Under the pieces are notes generated by a model that had not been told where the DNA came from, searched no databases, and was given only the letters and a program-made list of their open reading frames with translations. From the NCBI GenBank assembly GCA_965208325.1, contig OZ242326.1, positions 128,001 to 192,000 of the forward strand: DNA of 64,000 bases. The letters run 5' to 3'. This stretch comes from Candidatus Poribacteria bacterium (GTDB taxonomy: Bacteria > Poribacteria > WGA-4E > PCPOR2b). Shown piece by piece: positions 59,456 to 64,000 of this stretch; the first letter of the stretch is position 1; each line of letters starts with the position of its first letter. Made by a program: the position numbers and the translations under genes.

Positions 59456-62239
59456 TTACTCCACCTTTCCTCGCAATTCCGACACCTTCAATTGTTCAAC
59501 TCGTTCAAGGTATGTATCGTCCAACTCGAAAGCAGTGTCGAATTTCTCCTGCGCTTTCGCTTGCTGATTGTCCTTAAGGTATGCCAATCCCAAATGATAA
59601 TGCGCCGAGGCTGATCCAAATCGTCCTTGGATTGCTTTCTCGAAGGCGGAAATCGCGTCTGTAAACTTGCCCTGTTTGTAGAGCACCCAACCGAGAGTCT
59701 CATAAGAGGTTTGGGCATCGACGCGAAGCGCTATCGCATTCTTCACGAGAGATTCTGCTTCATCCAATCTGTTACCCGCGTTGGCAAAAGACCACGCGCG
59801 AATATTCTGCAAACTAGCTGTCGCAGAATTGCAGATTTGTTCATCAGCCTCTCTCTTTATGAGTTGTTCCAAGTCAAGAACCGCCCGTTCATCGCGAAGT
59901 TGCCCCAATGATTTCGCAGCAATACGGCGTACCCTTCTGCTTTCATCTCTCAGTGCAGCAATCAATGGCGCAACGGCTCGACCATCTCCCATACGCCCTA
60001 AAACAGAACCTGCCATACAGCGCATCGCTTCATCGTCGTCCTTTAGCGCATTTAACAACAATCCCATGCCGTGTTTGTCCCCAAGCTGTCCCAACCCGAT
60101 GGCGGCAATATATTTTGCTTCATCATCTTTGAGTGCGTTAAGCAGCGGTTCAATTGCCCGCTTGTCGCCCAAAAGCGCTAACCCAACCGCGGCCATAACC
60201 CGTACTTCATCATCTTTGAGCGCATTGAGTAGCGGTTCAACCGCCCGCTCGTCACCTAGCTGTCCTAGCGCTATGGCAGCATTTTTGCGAACGTAACTGT
60301 AGCTCTCTCCTGTGTCGCTATTGTAGTAACTATTTTTGTTTCTGAGAACCGCAATCAGAGGTTGCACCGCTCGATTGTCATCAAGTTGGCCTAAGGTAGA
60401 CACAAGCATATTTCTGAAATTTCCTTCTTCCGAATTGCGGATCTGGCCGCTATTCAAGACGTTGATGAGCGGCGTTGTTGCCCGTTTGTCTCCAAGCACT
60501 CCCAACGCAACGGCGGCATTCCAACGAACCTGCCAATTTTCATCATTAAGTGCCGCGGCTAACGGTTTCATCGCGCGTCGGACGCCGAGATACCCTAATG
60601 CAAAAGTAGCTTCAAGGCGGAATTGCGAATTCTCGTCTTCAAGCGCATCAACGAGTGATTGCACCGAGCGCTTGTCTCCTAGCCGACCCAGTGCATAAGC
60701 AGCGCCGCGGCGGACGATTTTATCCTGGCTTTCGTCCTTTAACACGGCAATCAGTGGCTTTGCCGCCGGTTTGCCACACTGCCCTAAAGCACGGGCAGCG
60801 TGCCAACAAAACCCCCAATCTGTATATTTGAGCGCGGCAATCAGTGGCTCTATCGCGCGCTTATCACCGAGACGGCCTAACGCTTTGGCAGCTTCAAAGC
60901 GAACTGCCCAATCTTGATTCTCAAGTGCGGCAATCAGTGGTTCTACTGCACGCCCGTCGCCAAGCTGGCCTAACGCTTTTGCGGCTTGCTGATGGACCTT
61001 CGCATCCCCGTCCTGGAGCGAAACGAGGAGAGGTTCGACGGCCCGCCTGTCCCCAAGTGTACCTAGGGCGCGTGCGGCGTTCGCGCGGCCTCCCCAATTC
61101 TTATCTTGAAGTGCAACAATCAACTCATCTACCGCTCGATTATCATTTAGCTGTTCCAACGCAGCTACAGCGCTGTTACGAATGGAACCCTGCTCGTCCT
61201 TCAGCGCGGCGATTAGGATATCAACCGCTCGCTTATCACCAAGCTGTCCCAACGCGGCTAGGGCATTATTGCGGACTACACCATCACTATCGTTGGAAAG
61301 TACGATGAGCGGTTCTACTGCTTGCGGGTCTCCAATTCGACCGAGTATTCGCGCCGCGTCGGCGCGGACAGAACTATTTCCACGCTTGAGTATAGACAGT
61401 AAGGGAACTACTGCCGGTTCACCTATCCGCCCTAGCGTCGAGACAGCGGCGGCGTGAACCAAAACATCCGTCTCTCCAAGCGCAGAAATCAGCGCCGCAA
61501 CCGCGGGTTCGCCAAGCAGCTCCAATGCGTTCGCGGCTCTTTCGCGTACAGAAATTTCATTGTCGCGAAAAGCGGCGATTAGCGGTTCTACTGCTCGCGT
61601 GTCGTCAAGTTTTCCAAGCACCGATGCAGCAGCGTCGCGGACAAATGGAGTTCCATCTCTGAGTGCTGCAATCAGCGGTTCAACCGCCCGCTTATCGTTA
61701 AGCTGCCCCAACGCAAGCGCAGCAAAAGGGCGCGAAAGGTCATCTTCCTCAATCACTGCAAGCAGCGCCTCTGATGCCCGCGCATCGCCAAGATGGCCCA
61801 ACGCAATTGCAGCACTATTTCGCACGGTGCGCTGGTCATCTTTCAATGCCGCAATTAAGGGTTCTAACGATTGCGGCCCGCCAAGTTGCCCCAATGCAAA
61901 TGCGGCGCTGCTCCTTACATTGTCACCCGTAACTTTCAAAACCGCAATCAACGGTTCCACTGCACGGTCGTCACCCAATTTACCCAAAGCAATCGCGGCA
62001 CTCTCACGGACAGTACAATCTTCCGCCTGATCCTGGAGGACATCCACTAGCGGCATAACCGCCCGCACATCGCCATATAGTCCCAATTCCGCCGCAGCTT
62101 CCTTGCGGAGAAGTTTATCCTCTCCTTCTAACTGCTTGATGTAAACTGCTACTTCATCTTTGTGGTTATGGCTATCACATCCGCATAACGCTGCAAAACC
62201 AATCGCAATGAAGACAGACATCGTCCTGTGTTTTCGCAT
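59456..62239 (-). CDS. HEAT-repeat lipoprotein with C-terminal TPRs
   Basis: Lipobox-like ALCGC; more than 20 HEAT repeats; ETLGWVLYKQG TPR. Confidence 0.88.
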   Translation of the reverse strand: MRKHRTMSVFIAIGFAALCGCDSHNHKDEVAVYIKQLEGEDKLLRKEAAAELGLYGDVRAVMPLVDVLQDQAEDCTVRESAAIALGKLGDDRAVEPLIAVLKVTGDNVRSSAAFALGQLGGPQSLEPLIAALKDDQRTVRNSAAIALGHLGDARASEALLAVIEEDDLSRPFAALALGQLNDKRAVEPLIAALRDGTPFVRDAAASVLGKLDDTRAVEPLIAAFRDNEISVRERAANALELLGEPAVAALISALGETDVLVHAAAVSTLGRIGEPAVVPLLSILKRGNSSVRADAARILGRIGDPQAVEPLIVLSNDSDGVVRNNALAALGQLGDKRAVDILIAALKDEQGSIRNSAVAALEQLNDNRAVDELIVALQDKNWGGRANAARALGTLGDRRAVEPLLVSLQDGDAKVHQQAAKALGQLGDGRAVEPLIAALENQDWAVRFEAAKALGRLGDKRAIEPLIAALKYTDWGFCWHAARALGQCGKPAAKPLIAVLKDESQDKIVRRGAAYALGRLGDKRSVQSLVDALEDENSQFRLEATFALGYLGVRRAMKPLAAALNDENWQVRWNAAVALGVLGDKRATTPLINVLNSGQIRNSEEGNFRNMLVSTLGQLDDNRAVQPLIAVLRNKNSYYNSDTGESYSYVRKNAAIALGQLGDERAVEPLLNALKDDEVRVMAAVGLALLGDKRAIEPLLNALKDDEAKYIAAIGLGQLGDKHGMGLLLNALKDDDEAMRCMAGSVLGRMGDGRAVAPLIAALRDESRRVRRIAAKSLGQLRDERAVLDLEQLIKREADEQICNSATASLQNIRAWSFANAGNRLDEAESLVKNAIALRVDAQTSYETLGWVLYKQGKFTDAISAFEKAIQGRFGSASAHYHLGLAYLKDNQQAKAQEKFDTAFELDDTYLERVEQLKVSELRGKVE

Positions 62240-62332
62240 TTCCTTCGTTTACTTCAACGTGTCAGCCAACGACTAATGCAAACATTACGCTGGAACGACA
62301 TGCATTCTGAATTCGCAGGTACGGGACTTGAG

Positions 62333-63364
62333 CTAATGCATATGAAATTCCAAAACGTCTCCATCGTGGACAATGTCATCACGGCTAACGGTCTGTCCGT
62401 CATGCCAGTTGACTCCCCAGATTCGCGCGTACTTAAAGTTCTCCGCAAAATCTTTGTGCAGCGACATGGCAGCATCAATTACGGTGCCATAAATTGGAAG
62501 CACAATTGGATCTTCGGGGTCAACTGGTTTTCCCGGCGATTTGGTGTAAACGCGTAAAATCTCCATTTGCTCATACATCGCTTTCTGCAACACATCAATT
62601 CCATCGCCCGTTATCGCAGAAAGGGGAAAGATTGGAAAATCGTCGGTGTAAAACTCGCGCAGAATCTCCAAGCGATCGGTTGCATCTACATTGTCCATCT
62701 GGTTCGCAGCGATTAATGCACGTTTAGTAAATTTGGCGGAGAAGGAGCCCATACTGTTGACATCATTACTCGATATCTCGTCGTTGTCCAGCGGGTTAGG
62801 GTAAATTTGACCGGCAATTTGAATATTTGCTTGCATCAATACAGACTTTACACTTTCAACCTGGTCGAGTACATCATCGCTTGCAAGGCTTAGCACTAGC
62901 AACAACAGATCGGCATTTCTTACGATGTCGAACACCCAAGGTTGCACGAAATCCTCCGTGATTGGCGGCATGTCAATCAGTTGAAACTGAATATTTTCAT
63001 ACTTTAGCATTCCGACGGCTGGTTCAAACGTCGTATGGGGAGATGGTGAGACAACCGGATTAGCGTTTGTGAACCTAGCGACGATTTGTGACTTTCCAAC
63101 GTTTGGTGCGCCGATCAGGGCAATTTGGCCTGCTCCGTGTTTTGGAACATGATAGCTGTGTCCTTTCTTTGCCTGTTTTTTTCCTTCCCCCTTTTTAACC
63201 TTTGTAATTCGCCGACGGAGATCTACACGAACCTTCTCTGTACCCTTGTGTTTCGGAGTAATGCGCAGCATCTCCTCTAACAGTGGGAGCCGTTCATCAT
63301 CAGTCCTTGCTGCCTCAAGTTGGTGCTTGAGTTTATAGTATTCGGGAGGGAGGTTTGCTGGCAT
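62333..63364 (-). CDS. DRG/OBG-like GTPase with TGS domain
   Basis: MPANLPP, PKHKGTEK, GAPNVGKS, RVYTK, DGDVLEFH. Confidence 0.85.
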   Translation of the reverse strand: MPANLPPEYYKLKHQLEAARTDDERLPLLEEMLRITPKHKGTEKVRVDLRRRITKVKKGEGKKQAKKGHSYHVPKHGAGQIALIGAPNVGKSQIVARFTNANPVVSPSPHTTFEPAVGMLKYENIQFQLIDMPPITEDFVQPWVFDIVRNADLLLLVLSLASDDVLDQVESVKSVLMQANIQIAGQIYPNPLDNDEISSNDVNSMGSFSAKFTKRALIAANQMDNVDATDRLEILREFYTDDFPIFPLSAITGDGIDVLQKAMYEQMEILRVYTKSPGKPVDPEDPIVLPIYGTVIDAAMSLHKDFAENFKYARIWGVNWHDGQTVSRDDIVHDGDVLEFHMH

Positions 63365-63502
63365 TTTACCGGTAAATTTTAGTTCGATGAGAGTTTAGAA
63401 TAAAAATTATCAACATCACCGCTGACGTATCCTACGGTCGCTAAACGACCGTCAATTTGCGATTAGGGTCAAGAAATCAAGAGAATCATCTGTCACTAGT
63501 GA

Positions 63503-64000
63503 TTATGACTTTTGACCCGGTGCGTAGCGCGGCGGAATTGGCTGAATAATCTCACGCTGCTCATCATTCAAGCTTGCCATGAGAGCCTCGCTGGGCACGT
63601 AATTGAAGCGGCACCGCAATAATCTTGAGGAATAGCGGTACAGCGCGATTCGCCGATACCCCGGATTGGTTCTGGCGGCAGATCCGTGCGTGAGCGCATC
63701 GGCAAACATCAGCACATCCCCGGATTCAAGATAGATTTCCTTCATACCTACCTGCGCGCCGGCAGTAACGTCACTTCGGTAACCTTCCTGCAGTAGCATG
63801 GGATGTTTCATAGCCGATTTGTGGCTTCCTGGGATAATGGTTGTCGCCCCATCGCCGGGGCCAACGTCCTGCAGCGCAATGATAACATCAATCTGGCCGA
63901 CCATCCATTCGCCCGTGTTTTCTTGCCGGAATGTCAGATAACAGAGTGGGATCGCGCCGCCGCCGTGAATACCGATATACCCGCCCTGCCCCCTTATATT
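63503..64000 (-). CDS. PhyH family Fe/2OG enzyme (5' end outside the window)
   Basis: Frame open to the window edge: ..GYIGIHGGG..GDGATTIIPGSHK..GDVLMF...THGS. Confidence 0.85.
   Translation of the reverse strand, partial: NIRGQGGYIGIHGGGAIPLCYLTFRQENTGEWMVGQIDVIIALQDVGPGDGATTIIPGSHKSAMKHPMLLQEGYRSDVTAGAQVGMKEIYLESGDVLMFADALTHGSAARTNPGYRRIALYRYSSRLLRCRFNYVPSEALMASLNDEQREIIQPIPPRYAPGQKS

Noticed and set aside
58014..62030. Long plus-strand ORFs opposite the HEAT genes (and similar antisense ORFs such as 41359..42048)
   Set aside because: Antisense shadows of real, repetitive coding sequence.

Overview
Bacterial chromosomal window with about 50 genes. It is probably from Candidatus Poribacteria or a similar FCB/PVC-adjacent lineage; this is inferred from the four PhyH-family dioxygenases, the DUF6785-type membrane protein, the PorV-like barrel and the C-terminal AVxPxxKLxxTWGxIK tail. 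Housekeeping genes (murQ, rsmI, ccmBC, miaA, mutY, msrB, lgt, proBA, obgE, rplU-rpmA, rng) are mixed with catabolic genes. Signals missed or misread by the ORF track: (1) a UGA-containing AhpC/TSA selenoprotein candidate with a UxxS motif and a SECIS-like hairpin (7122-7607); (2) a frame-intact 3' remnant of a PhyH paralogue; (3) a GIY-YIG gene with an in-frame TAG; (4) a 42-bp-period hairpin array, a MITE and a REP-like doublet; (5) a ~7.3 kb block separating rpmA from obgE, carrying a candidate HEPN-like/DUF2971/two-protease cassette; (6) a co-oriented cluster of exported HEAT+TPR proteins, a membrane-anchored vWA protein, a sensor kinase and a PorX-like REC-PglZ regulator; (7) a probable CC-adding tRNA nucleotidyltransferase with a dead HD domain; (8) a PhyH enzyme with a halogenase-like HxG motif. 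No rRNA, tRNA, CRISPR array, integrase or transposase was recognised. All family calls come from motif recognition by eye, not database searches.
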